Origin: a virus
Strand: one strand, 5' to 3'
DNA: 64,000 bases
Virus record (IMG/VR): IMGVR_UViG_3300005617_000581
Within the stretch, counting starts at the first letter, position 1; each line of letters opens with the position of its first letter. Of this stretch, positions 23,731-31,932 are shown piece after piece. The translations under genes and the position numbers were made by a program. A model generated the notes under the pieces. The model was given only the letters and a program-made list of their open reading frames with translations, was not told the origin of the DNA and searched no databases.

Positions 23731-24068
23731 CTACTAGTCCCCTCCTGGACCACCGTGTTCGCGCGGGGATCGCGCTGCTCGACGAGTCCGGACCGACGAA
23801 CTGGCGCGCGCGCGTCGACGTCGATAAGCTCGACCTGGAGAACCCCCGCAGCTGCGTCCTCGGCCAGGTCTACGGGACGTTCGACGACGGAATGGCCGCG
23901 CTGGACCTCAGCTTCTTCGAGGGGGCGCGCTACGGGTTCGTCACCGGCCTCGGGCTGCGCTACGACCGTGACTCCTGGCGTAACCTGACGGACGCCTGGC
24001 GGGACGCGTTCACATCCGTGCCTCCGCGTCGCCGCCGCTGGTTCTGGCCGTTCGCGCGGCGCGCCTGA
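23727..24068 (+). CDS. Hypothetical protein, paralogue pair member B
   Basis: IALLDESGPTNWRARVDVDKLDLENPRSCVLGQVY. GTG overlap start. Confidence 0.5.
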   Translation: MTTSPLLDHRVRAGIALLDESGPTNWRARVDVDKLDLENPRSCVLGQVYGTFDDGMAALDLSFFEGARYGFVTGLGLRYDRDSWRNLTDAWRDAFTSVPPRRRRWFWPFARRA

Positions 24069-24343
24069 TGTCCGATCCACGCGTGACCTGGGCGGGCGTG
24101 ATCGTCCGCCTGTCGGACGGTACGATCGTCGCGACCGAGTTCCCGAGCGGCTTCATTACCGCGGATGTGCACACGCTGCGGCCGTGGGATCCCGGGTCGA
24201 AGAACCAGACGCAGGACGAGGTCCGCATCACGGTGCAGGGCAACGGCCGGATCTGGATGGAGGGTGCCGACGTCGCACGCCGCGGGCACGTGGCGAGCAA
24301 CGTCATCGTCGACGAGCCGTACCGGAAGGAGCTCGAGTCGTGA
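24068..24343 (+). CDS. Hypothetical protein
   Basis: 91-aa ORF with ATGA overlap. Confidence 0.45.
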   Translation: MSDPRVTWAGVIVRLSDGTIVATEFPSGFITADVHTLRPWDPGSKNQTQDEVRITVQGNGRIWMEGADVARRGHVASNVIVDEPYRKELES

Positions 24344-24582
24344 ACACGATCAAGGTCGTGATCGAGCCGTCGACCGACGCGCTGGTCGAGGAGCTGCTGC
24401 CGCTGCTCTGGGAGGTAGATCCCGCGGTGCCGCGCGACATCATCACCGAGATCCGGTCGCTCGGCTACCAGATCGGTCGCCAGGTCGACGTTCCGCTAGC
24501 GGTAATCGAGGCGATCGAGTCCTCGATCGCGCACCCCGAACGCAACGTGCGCCGGGAACGTCCACGGCGAAACGAGGAGTGA
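24340..24582 (+). CDS. Hypothetical protein
   Basis: In-frame GTG 24340 overlapping the upstream stop. 80 aa. Confidence 0.4.
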   Translation: MNTIKVVIEPSTDALVEELLPLLWEVDPAVPRDIITEIRSLGYQIGRQVDVPLAVIEAIESSIAHPERNVRRERPRRNEE

Positions 24583-24585
24583 TTT

Positions 24586-25050
24586 TTGATGGAAATCAGC
24601 GGCTTTGAACGCCCGCTAACGGCGCCGGAGTACGGCGCTAAGACCGCGCAGCTGGTGTTGGAGATCATTCAGCTACACCCCGACATGCACGACCAGCAGG
24701 AGTTCATGTACTGCACAGAGTGTGACGGTAGCGTAAGCGACTGCGTGTGTACCGGCCTCGGCGGCGTCGCGCTGGAGCGTTCGACGTGCAACACGACGCT
24801 GTGTATCGCGGGCTGGACGCAGTTCATTCACGAGGGTCGCGTCGTCGACAGCTGCACGCGGTGCGTGGTCGACAACGTCCATCGCGGTCTACACACCGAG
24901 GTCATTCATGCGGCGGCGCGCTACCTCGGCCTGTCGCTCGGGGACGCCGACAAGCTGTTCTACGCGTCGAACGAACGGGCTCCGGTGGCGCTCGGCTACG
25001 TCGCGCGCGGCGAGCCGATCGACTGGGACGAGGTCTACGCCGGTGCCTGA
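24586..25050 (+). CDS. Hypothetical Cys-rich protein
   Basis: 154 aa with CTECDGSVSDCVC...C..LC...C.RC. Confidence 0.45.
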   Translation: MMEISGFERPLTAPEYGAKTAQLVLEIIQLHPDMHDQQEFMYCTECDGSVSDCVCTGLGGVALERSTCNTTLCIAGWTQFIHEGRVVDSCTRCVVDNVHRGLHTEVIHAAARYLGLSLGDADKLFYASNERAPVALGYVARGEPIDWDEVYAGA

Positions 25051-25339
25051 CGTCGTCGGCATGCACCTCAGCCCGCCACTCGTGGTCCACGACCCCGAGC
25101 GGTGCGCCGGGCAGACCTGCTGCATCCACAACCCGTCCGAGCACCGGATGATCGCGTGGCCGCAGCTGTGGCGGGCGGATCGCTACCTGATGGAGCGCGT
25201 CTGTCCGCACGGGATCGGTCACCCCGATCCGGACGACCTAGCGTATAGGCGCCGCGTCCGCGGCGCGGACGACGCGTACTGGGCGGGCGTTCACGGCTGC
25301 GACGGCTGCTGCGCGGGAGGATATCTTGAACAAGCCTAG
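25043..25339 (+). CDS. Hypothetical Cys/His-rich protein
   Basis: Has CAGQTCCIHNPSEH...CPHGIGHPDPDD...GCDGCC. GTG 25043 or ATG 25061. Confidence 0.4.
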   Translation: MPDVVGMHLSPPLVVHDPERCAGQTCCIHNPSEHRMIAWPQLWRADRYLMERVCPHGIGHPDPDDLAYRRRVRGADDAYWAGVHGCDGCCAGGYLEQA

Positions 25340-25808
25340 GGCCGTCGTCGTCGACGTCGACGGCACGATCACGATCTACTCGGCGGACCGCGCGACGCGC
25401 GCGCGCGACTCGCAGCCGCGCCGTGAGGTCATTGAGGTCGTTTACGCGCTGTACGCGTCGAGCTACGCGATCGTGTTCGTGACGGCTCGGCCGGAGGCGC
25501 AGCGCGCGGCGACGGGTGAATGGATCGCGCAGCACGTCTTTCGTGCCGCGTTCGACGGGGCGCTGTTACTGATGAAGGACACCGGCGACGACGAACCCGA
25601 CGTCGCCTGGAAGCGCCGGATCTACGACGAGGTGATCGAGCCGCGTTACGACGTGCAGCTCGCGATCGACGACATGGAGCGATCGGTGTCCGTCTGGCGC
25701 TCGCGCAACGTCACCGTACTGCAGGTTCGCGCCGCGCACGTTCACCCCGAGGCTCTCGTGAGGTGGCGCGACGCGGAGCACGCGACCGTCCTGGAGGGAG
25801 GAAAGTAG
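25326..25808 (+). CDS. HAD-superfamily phosphatase (polynucleotide 3'-phosphatase / nucleotidase-like)
   Basis: VVVDVDGTIT is the HAD motif I DxDGT. TTG start after GGAGGA. Confidence 0.5.
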   Translation: MNKPRAVVVDVDGTITIYSADRATRARDSQPRREVIEVVYALYASSYAIVFVTARPEAQRAATGEWIAQHVFRAAFDGALLLMKDTGDDEPDVAWKRRIYDEVIEPRYDVQLAIDDMERSVSVWRSRNVTVLQVRAAHVHPEALVRWRDAEHATVLEGGK

Positions 25809-25903
25809 TGACCGCAAAGATCTTTACGTGGATCGCGGCGGGAATCGCCGTCGGCGCGGCCGCGGCGTACGCCGTGCGCCGGTACAAGCAACGACAGGCC
25901 TAG
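25808..25903 (+). CDS. Possible 31-aa membrane peptide
   Basis: VTAKIFTWIAAGIAVGAAAAYAVRRYKQRQA. GTG overlapping the upstream stop. Confidence 0.3.
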   Translation: MTAKIFTWIAAGIAVGAAAAYAVRRYKQRQA

Positions 25904-25905
25904 CT

Positions 25906-26106
25906 TTGTCGACTATCAACGACATGCGTCTACGCGGTCGCGGACGGCTGTCGCCGCCCGCGGCGCGCGGCGACGACGAGCTGCGGCGCGTCCAGCTTCG
26001 GATCGCGCAGCTCGTCGTCGATAATCCGGCGATCGAACCTTGGGCCGAGCGCGCGAACCTGCGCGACGTGCTCGCGGCGCTCGGCCTGCTGCGTAGGATA
26101 GGGTAG
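25906..26106 (+). CDS. Hypothetical protein
   Basis: In-frame TTG 25906 (or ATG 25924). Confidence 0.35.
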   Translation: MSTINDMRLRGRGRLSPPAARGDDELRRVQLRIAQLVVDNPAIEPWAERANLRDVLAALGLLRRIG

Positions 26107-26111
26107 CGGTC

Positions 26112-26468
26112 GTGGCGCTATCGAACGACGAGCTGCGTAGGTACTGGACGGACGGACCGGGCGTCGAACACATCGGCGAACCTGCGGACGCGAGGTACGA
26201 GTACGCGGCGTTCAACGATCCGACCGTTCTCGAGGAGAGTTTCGCGCGGGGCGACATATCGGTCCAGATGCGGTTCGTCCTCGACGAGCCGCTGTACACC
26301 GGAACGCTGTGGTCCGTCGCGCGCTGGGTGCGCCTGATGAACGAGGAACGCGCGGCGAACGGTAAGCTGGACGAGGCTGGGTTAATCTTGATTAAGCGCC
26401 GGACCGTGGTCGAGACGCCGTGGGCGCAGGTATCCTACGACGAGGTCAACGAGTCGCTCGGTATCTAG
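26112..26468 (+). CDS. Hypothetical protein
   Basis: 118-aa ORF, GTG start. Confidence 0.45.
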   Translation: MALSNDELRRYWTDGPGVEHIGEPADARYEYAAFNDPTVLEESFARGDISVQMRFVLDEPLYTGTLWSVARWVRLMNEERAANGKLDEAGLILIKRRTVVETPWAQVSYDEVNESLGI

Positions 26469-26481
26469 GAAGGAAAGATCG

Positions 26482-26709
26482 GTGGGTTGGTTCAAGTCGT
26501 CGCGCAGCGTCTCCAACGGAAACTGCGTCGAGATCAAGTTTAGGACGTCGTCGCGTTCCAGCGGCGGCGAGTGCGTCGAGGTCGCGGCCTGCGTTCACGA
26601 GGTGCTGGTCCGCGACTCGAAGGACCGCGGGGGTCCCGTCTTGCGGTTTACGCCCGCGGAGTGGAAGGCGTTCGTCGACGGCGCGCGCGACGGTGAGTTC
26701 GACCTGTGA
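26482..26709 (+). CDS. DUF397-family protein (actinobacterial; duplicated CVE motif)
   Basis: WFKSSRSVSNGNCVEIKF and GGECVEVAACVHEVLVRDSKDRGGPVLRFTPAEWKAFV match the DUF397 consensus (KSSxSxxxGxCVEVA...VRDSKDPxGPxLxF...W.AF). Confidence 0.6.
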   Translation: MGWFKSSRSVSNGNCVEIKFRTSSRSSGGECVEVAACVHEVLVRDSKDRGGPVLRFTPAEWKAFVDGARDGEFDL

Positions 26710-26774
26710 TCGATTTGACACGGGTGATAGTGTCGACCACGTCATAGTTTTAGGTAAGAGATCGAGAGGAGATC

Positions 26775-27647
26775 GTGATGTTCATTAGTATTTTGATCTT
26801 ATTGTTGGTCGTGGCCGGACTGGTCGCCATCCTCAAGGGCAGCGTCGGCACGGGACAGGACGAGTTTTCGATCCGCTGGATCGGCGGGGTGCTGCTCGGC
26901 ATCGCGTTCGTCGTGTTCCTGCTCGCGACCATCGTGATCGTTCCGACTAAAAACGTCGGCGTCGTGACGGCGTTCGGCCGTCCGACGGGCACGCTTCACA
27001 ACGGCATTCACGTCGTCTGGCCGTGGGAATCGGTTACCGACTACGACGCGACGATCCAGACGTTGTCGACGTCTGACATGCACGTGCGAATGGTCAACGG
27101 CACCGCTACCGCGAACGTCAACGTGACACTTAACTGGCGCCTGGAAGGTGACATTCAGCAGATTCACGTCGACTGGCGCGAGTTTAGCCGCATCCAGACA
27201 TACGTCATTCAACCTCGACTGCAGGACGCGCTGAACAAGGAGTTCATCGACTTCGACCCACTCGTCGCGCTGAAGCAGACTGGCGGTAAGCCGATCTCGA
27301 TGGTGACCATGGAGCAGCGCGTCGCCGAGCGTCTGCAGCACAGCCTGCCCGCCGGTATCTTCGTCGATCACCTGCAGCTGCCGCTGGTCGTCTACCCCGC
27401 GGTCGTCCAGGACGCGCTGAACGCCTACCAGAAGGAACTGGCTAACACGCAGGTCGCGCTGCAGCAGAAGATCACGGCGCAGGCTCAGAAGGACGCGCTG
27501 GATATCTTGTCGCAGGTCCGGATGTCGCCGGAGGCGTTCCTGCAGCAGTGCCTGATCATGACCGAACGCCTGGCGCAGCAGGGTAAGATTATCTCGCAGA
27601 CCTGGTCGTGTGTGTCTGGTTCGGCCGGTACTGTAGCGATTAAGTAG
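26775..27647 (+). CDS. SPFH/band-7 (prohibitin/HflK-like) membrane protein
   Basis: N-terminal TM helix, then a TKNVGVVTAFGRP...HVRMVNGTATANVNVTLNWRL SPFH core and a coiled-coil tail. Lower GC than surrounding genes. Confidence 0.55.
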   Translation: MMFISILILLLVVAGLVAILKGSVGTGQDEFSIRWIGGVLLGIAFVVFLLATIVIVPTKNVGVVTAFGRPTGTLHNGIHVVWPWESVTDYDATIQTLSTSDMHVRMVNGTATANVNVTLNWRLEGDIQQIHVDWREFSRIQTYVIQPRLQDALNKEFIDFDPLVALKQTGGKPISMVTMEQRVAERLQHSLPAGIFVDHLQLPLVVYPAVVQDALNAYQKELANTQVALQQKITAQAQKDALDILSQVRMSPEAFLQQCLIMTERLAQQGKIISQTWSCVSGSAGTVAIK

Positions 27648-27672
27648 GAGGTTAAGGAAGGGACCGAGGTCC

Positions 27673-27861
27673 GTGCCGTCATTCGAACCCGGCACGGGCC
27701 TCCCCTCGTTTGACACGCCTGCTACATTAATCACTATGAGTGCTGTTGCCCAAACCACGATGGACTGGACGTCCGCGACCGTCGTCGCGATCGGCGTCGT
27801 CTTCCTGATCGCGTACCCGATCCTGTCGGCGTTCGGTCGTAGGAAGCCGCCGCGTCGGTAG
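27673..27861 (+). CDS. Hypothetical small membrane protein
   Basis: The C-terminal half is a TM helix (VVAIGVVFLIAYPIL). Start uncertain (27673 or ATG 27736). Confidence 0.35.
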   Translation: MPSFEPGTGLPSFDTPATLITMSAVAQTTMDWTSATVVAIGVVFLIAYPILSAFGRRKPPRR

Positions 27862-27873
27862 TATGATCGCTTC

Positions 27874-29355
27874 GTGCAGCCCAAGACGCGCGCGCAGCTG
27901 TTCGCCGAGCTCGCGGATCCCCCGCAGCTGAAGTGGCGGAGCGATCCGCGCGCGTGGGTGGTTGACCGCGCGCGCGTCGAGGTCTGGTCCCGGCAGCGCG
28001 AGATCCTCGAGGCGGTGCGTGACCACGAGAAGGTCGCGATCCCGTCCTGCCACTCCGCGGGTAAGAGCTTTACGATGGGCCTCCTGACGTGCTGGTGGAT
28101 CGACTGCCACCCCGTCGGCGAGGCCCGCGTCGTCTCGACGGCGCCGACGTCGAAGCAGGTCGACGCCGTCCTGTGGAACGAGATCAACCAGCACCACGCG
28201 CGGATCGGCCTCGGCGGGCGCACGAACAAGAACGAGTGGTACTTCGGTAGGTTCCTCGCGGGCCTGGGTCGCAAGCCACCCGACCACGTACAGGCGGCGT
28301 TTCAGGGTCTCCACGCCCTGTACCTGCTGGTCATCTTCGACGAGGCCTACGGCATTCCGAAGCACCTGTGGGACGAGGGCTCGTCGCTCGCGTCGAACCG
28401 CAACGCGCGGATGGTCGCCGTCGGCAACCCCGACGGACCCGGGGAGTTCGCCGAGATCTGCAAGCCGGGTAGCGGCTGGTACGTCATGCCGATCTCGTAC
28501 CGGGACACGCCGAACTTTACCGGCGAGGACGTCTCCGACCGGCTCAAGGACATGCTCATCGCGCCGACGTGGGTCGAGGACCGGCGTCGCAAGTGGGGCG
28601 AGAACTCGGCCCTGTTCCAGTCGAAGTGCGAGGGACGATTCCCAGCCGAGGGTTCGCCGTGGGACGTCATTCCACACGCCTGGGCCGCCGCGTGCCGCTA
28701 CCTCGACCTGCCGGTCGAGGGCGAACGCGAGGCTGGGATCGACATCGGCGCGGGAAACGACCGTACGGTGATAACGATCCGCCAGGGATCGGTGGTTCTC
28801 GACGTTAGGTGGTTCGTCAGCCCCGACCCGGTGCGGACCGTCGGCGACCTGGCGCTTCACATCCGTGACTGGAAGGTAAAGCGCGCGAAGGTCGACTCGA
28901 TCGGCGTCGGCTGGGGCGTCTACGGCGCGCTCAGCGAGGCCGTTCCGGACGTCGAGATCATTCCGATCAACGTCTCGATGCAGCCGTCGTCGGCCGACGC
29001 GCAGGAGAAGTACCTCAACAAGCGCGCCGAGATGTGGTGGGACGTCGGCCGCGAGCTGATCCGCGCGCGTCAGCTCGACCTGTCGCGGCTGCCCGAGGAC
29101 GTCCAGGACGACGTTATTCACGAGCTGTCGTGCCCGCGCTACGAGATCCTCGACTCGCGGGGTAAGATCAAGATCGAGCCGAAGGAGCGGATCATCGAGC
29201 GCCTCGGCGTCTCGCCGGACCTCGCGGAGTCGCTGCTGCTCGCGTTCGTCCCCGCCAACTGGACGGCCGAGCTGCAGGCGTCGGGTATGCTGGCGATGCC
29301 GTCGCTGCTGGAGGGCCTGCGGCCGTCGGACCTGACGGGCCGACGTAGCTGGTAG
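27874..29355 (+). CDS. Terminase large subunit
   Basis: Walker A is IPSCHSAGKSF. The N-terminal ATPase and C-terminal nuclease-like domain (VGNPDGPGEF...DIGAGNDRTVITI) fit TerL. GTG start lies 9 nt after a TAGTAT -10-like element. Confidence 0.8.
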   Translation: MQPKTRAQLFAELADPPQLKWRSDPRAWVVDRARVEVWSRQREILEAVRDHEKVAIPSCHSAGKSFTMGLLTCWWIDCHPVGEARVVSTAPTSKQVDAVLWNEINQHHARIGLGGRTNKNEWYFGRFLAGLGRKPPDHVQAAFQGLHALYLLVIFDEAYGIPKHLWDEGSSLASNRNARMVAVGNPDGPGEFAEICKPGSGWYVMPISYRDTPNFTGEDVSDRLKDMLIAPTWVEDRRRKWGENSALFQSKCEGRFPAEGSPWDVIPHAWAAACRYLDLPVEGEREAGIDIGAGNDRTVITIRQGSVVLDVRWFVSPDPVRTVGDLALHIRDWKVKRAKVDSIGVGWGVYGALSEAVPDVEIIPINVSMQPSSADAQEKYLNKRAEMWWDVGRELIRARQLDLSRLPEDVQDDVIHELSCPRYEILDSRGKIKIEPKERIIERLGVSPDLAESLLLAFVPANWTAELQASGMLAMPSLLEGLRPSDLTGRRSW

Positions 29356-29368
29356 CCGATCATCATAA

Positions 29369-29432
29369 ATAATTAGCCGAACGTCCGCGGTAATTATTCA
29401 CGACACAGTGCTGTGGTGTGATATAATATAGA
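29369..29432 (+). promoter_or_regulatory. Candidate promoter with extended -10 (TGaTATAAT) and operator-like inverted repeats
   Basis: TGATATAAT lies at 29419-29427. Inverted repeat AATAATTA...TAATTATT lies at 29369-29399 and palindrome CACAGTGCTGTG at about 29403-29414. It sits 45 nt upstream of the 29472 gene. Confidence 0.45.
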
Positions 29433-29471
29433 TAGGCGGGCGAACAGCTCGCCGACCGAGAGGAGAATGAG

Positions 29472-29792
29472 ATGAAGGTCGGAGACGTCCTAACCTGGGA
29501 TTACCAGAGCGACGTATTCCAAGGTCAGTACCAATTGGTCGAAGACCTGGGCCGAGGCACGTGGCGCGCCGAGCACCTAGAGCCGAACGACGAGCTGATC
29601 GAATCTGCTCGCGCATACTACCTGGAGTCCGAGCATCCCTACCTGGACTGGATCGATCCGTTCGGTCCGGAGCGGCGACGCGCTACCCGCCAAGAGTCCT
29701 TCGATGCAGAGATCCTGGATCGGATTGAGCGCGCGGGCCAGACATTCGAGGTCCAATTCGTTTCGGCTGAGCGTTACGCCGCAGCTTTTTAA
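29472..29792 (+). CDS. Hypothetical protein (start-associated-sequence gene)
   Basis: 106 aa, preceded by CCGAGAGGAGAATGAG-ATG. Confidence 0.5.
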   Translation: MKVGDVLTWDYQSDVFQGQYQLVEDLGRGTWRAEHLEPNDELIESARAYYLESEHPYLDWIDPFGPERRRATRQESFDAEILDRIERAGQTFEVQFVSAERYAAAF

Positions 29793-29880
29793 GATTGACC
29801 TAAGAGCGAAACGCCGGGAGGCGTCCGACGGTAGGGCCGTCGCTGAGGATGCTCTCAGAACACAAGAGAAGGAGAACGAG

Positions 29881-30195
29881 ATGTACCAGGGAACGCGCTA
29901 CTACATCCAGCGCCCGACCGGCTACATGAAGGAAGGCGAACCCGAGTGGGTCGACATGGAGTTCGAGCCTGGCAAGATCTGGCGCTCCGGCCGGTTCACC
30001 AGCGCCGCGGACCAGGTCAACCAGATGCGCGACGCGGGCGACCAGCGTCCCCTCCGGATCGTGCACCGCACCTTCCGCGAGGACGTCTGCGGCACCTACG
30101 ACCCGGGCCAGCTGGTCCAGCTCTGGAACGCCGACGCGGACCTCGAGATCAACGATGAATCGTTGAAGTTCGAGGCGCCCGAGGACGAGATTTAA
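29881..30195 (+). CDS. Hypothetical protein (start-associated-sequence gene)
   Basis: In-frame ATG 29881 preceded by AGAGAAGGAGAACGAG. Confidence 0.5.
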   Translation: MYQGTRYYIQRPTGYMKEGEPEWVDMEFEPGKIWRSGRFTSAADQVNQMRDAGDQRPLRIVHRTFREDVCGTYDPGQLVQLWNADADLEINDESLKFEAPEDEI

Positions 30196-30277
30196 AGAGA
30201 TCGAAACCTGATCGCCGGGAGGCAGAGCAGGTCCACCCGTTAGGCGGGTGCCGATGAGATCGAGAGGGAGAAACGAG

Positions 30278-30718
30278 ATGGAACGGTGCAAGATCGATGA
30301 TCTGGTCGTGCTCAACGAGCTGTACGCCACACCGGCGACGCGGGGCGTCGTCTACCGCGTGGTCGAGGTCCGCAAGGTCAACGTCGTCGGCGAGCCCCTC
30401 GGCGGTGGACGTCGACTGGCGGCCAAGCCCTACCAATTCGACCCAGCGCCCGAGGACGCGGCGAAGGTCGCGGTTGGGATTCCCTACGTGCCGCCGCTCT
30501 GGTCCGGCGAGGTCGTGACGATTGCAGGTCCGGGCTGGAAGCAGCCGAGCGACGTGCTTTGGGTCGTCATCAAGGACAACGCGGACCGTAAGGTCCGGGT
30601 CGCCCGCCTCGGCGGCGACGACGGTCGCTACTGGACGGTTCCGCGGGGCATGTTGACGGTCGTCGACAAGAAGCTGCTCCTCGAGGCGGTACTCACCATG
30701 GAAACTTCATCGAAGTAG
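30278..30718 (+). CDS. Hypothetical protein (start-associated-sequence gene)
   Basis: ATG 30278 preceded by CGAGAGGGAGAAACGAG. 146 aa. Confidence 0.5.
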   Translation: MERCKIDDLVVLNELYATPATRGVVYRVVEVRKVNVVGEPLGGGRRLAAKPYQFDPAPEDAAKVAVGIPYVPPLWSGEVVTIAGPGWKQPSDVLWVVIKDNADRKVRVARLGGDDGRYWTVPRGMLTVVDKKLLLEAVLTMETSSK

Positions 30719-30761
30719 ATCATACGAATCCGTAATTCGTGTGATACAATTTAAGAAGGTA

Positions 30762-30842
30762 GGGACCGAAGCTCACGGTGAGCGCAAGCAGCTGCGGCAA
30801 CTGGCAGCTAAGCAGGTTCGGGTTCGACTCCCGACGGTTCCA
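30762..30842 (+). tRNA. tRNA-like element (acceptor stem plus canonical T-arm; anticodon arm non-canonical)
   Basis: 5' GGGACCG pairs with 3' CGGTTCC (7 bp, one G-U). The T-arm is TCGGG-TTCGACT-CCCGA, and D-stem GCTC/GAGC is present. The central hairpin AGCTGC-GGCAACTG-GCAGCT has an 8-nt loop, so the anticodon is not assignable. The element lies in a 400-bp ORF-free region. Confidence 0.4.
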
Positions 30843-31115
30843 CGACCAGCTGCCCAGAAGGGGTGCGATGGGAATCCGGTTTTTAGGCCGGTAGCAACAG
30901 CGGCAGCCAAGAGAGCCCCTTCACAAAGCTCTGCCCGCCGTGTTGGCCCGAGCGGTATGGGGTTGGTTGGGGCAATCGGGCCTCCTAAAAAGTCCGCGTT
31001 GAGGTAACTCCGCGGCACATCTCCAAATCCTGTAAGCGGGTTCGCCGCGCGTTTGGCGCGCGCAGGTTCACGGCCTACGAACTCACGCCTCAATCAACCC
31101 AAAAGGAGGTTCCGC

Positions 31116-31844
31116 ATGGAACACAGGACAGAAGCCGCAAAACTCCGCTCGGAGTGGGCGCACAACGCGTCGGAAGTTATGATCGGCGTGGTGCGGGCGA
31201 TCACCAAGCGCTCAAAGTTGATCACGGGCCTCGCGCTCGGTGCGTCGACCCCACACCAGATCGTCTACCTGCTCGCCCTGTGCGTCCCGCACATGCACCT
31301 GAGTACTTCAGTTGACACCGTTCAACTGGTCCAGAACTACCTGGAAGCCCTGGGGATGATCATCATAGCCCTGGCGGTTCCGATCTGCACCGACATCACG
31401 ATCTACAGCTGCGTCGACACTCTCGGCGCGATGGCTGCGACCAAGACGTCAAAGATTCGTGCGTTCATCTTTCTTCTTATTCCACTCGGCGCGAGTGGTT
31501 TTGTAAACTTCCTCGCGCCGGCGCCGATGATCCTCAAGGGGCTCGCGGCGTTCCTGGTAGTACTCGTTATGATCTCCCAGGGACTTAAGTTCGTCGACAC
31601 GGACTGGGATAAGCTCGAGGAATTTGAGGCACAGAACACGATCGTCGAGGATGCGCCGTCGCGACCGGGACGCCGACCGGTTACGGCCCGTGAGCGTCGG
31701 GCGCGTGAGAGGGATCTCTACGCCGCGATGACCAAGACCGAGCAGTACAAGTGGCGCCTGAAGTGGGACGCCGACGAGCAAAAGCGACTGGCAAAGCTGC
31801 AGACCCAGCTCCCAGCGGTGCCCGAGACGGCTACCGTCGGATGA
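31116..31844 (+). CDS. Integral membrane protein (DUF2637-like) with basic/coiled C-terminal tail
   Basis: In-frame ATG 31116 after AAAAGGAGG. Four hydrophobic helices, then a KR-rich coiled tail. Confidence 0.5.
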   Translation: MEHRTEAAKLRSEWAHNASEVMIGVVRAITKRSKLITGLALGASTPHQIVYLLALCVPHMHLSTSVDTVQLVQNYLEALGMIIIALAVPICTDITIYSCVDTLGAMAATKTSKIRAFIFLLIPLGASGFVNFLAPAPMILKGLAAFLVVLVMISQGLKFVDTDWDKLEEFEAQNTIVEDAPSRPGRRPVTARERRARERDLYAAMTKTEQYKWRLKWDADEQKRLAKLQTQLPAVPETATVG

Positions 31845-31932
31845 GGTACACGAGGACCGCGAAATCTTCGCGGTCCTCGGCTACTTTGGCCGACAAAGTG
31901 ATATTATGAACAGGAAACGAGAGGAGAACGAG

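Noticed and set aside
26709-26777. Perfect TTGACA hexamer upstream of the SPFH gene as a sigma-70 -35 box
   Set aside because: No TAnnnT -10 element lies at 16-19 bp spacing. The nearest candidates (TAGTGT, TAGTTT) are at 7 or 24 bp. I keep it only as a weak possibility.
30741-31007. 88-aa ORF (MIQFKKVGTEAHGERKQLRQL...) overlapping the tRNA-like element
   Set aside because: It runs through the tRNA-like acceptor/T-arm sequence and the ORF-free GC-hairpin region. It has no RBS and atypical codon use, so I treat the region as non-coding RNA/regulatory.
30720-31115. attP site / integration module next to the tRNA-like element
   Set aside because: No tyrosine or serine integrase, excisionase or repressor gene is present anywhere in the 64-kb window, so a tRNA-associated attP cannot be supported.
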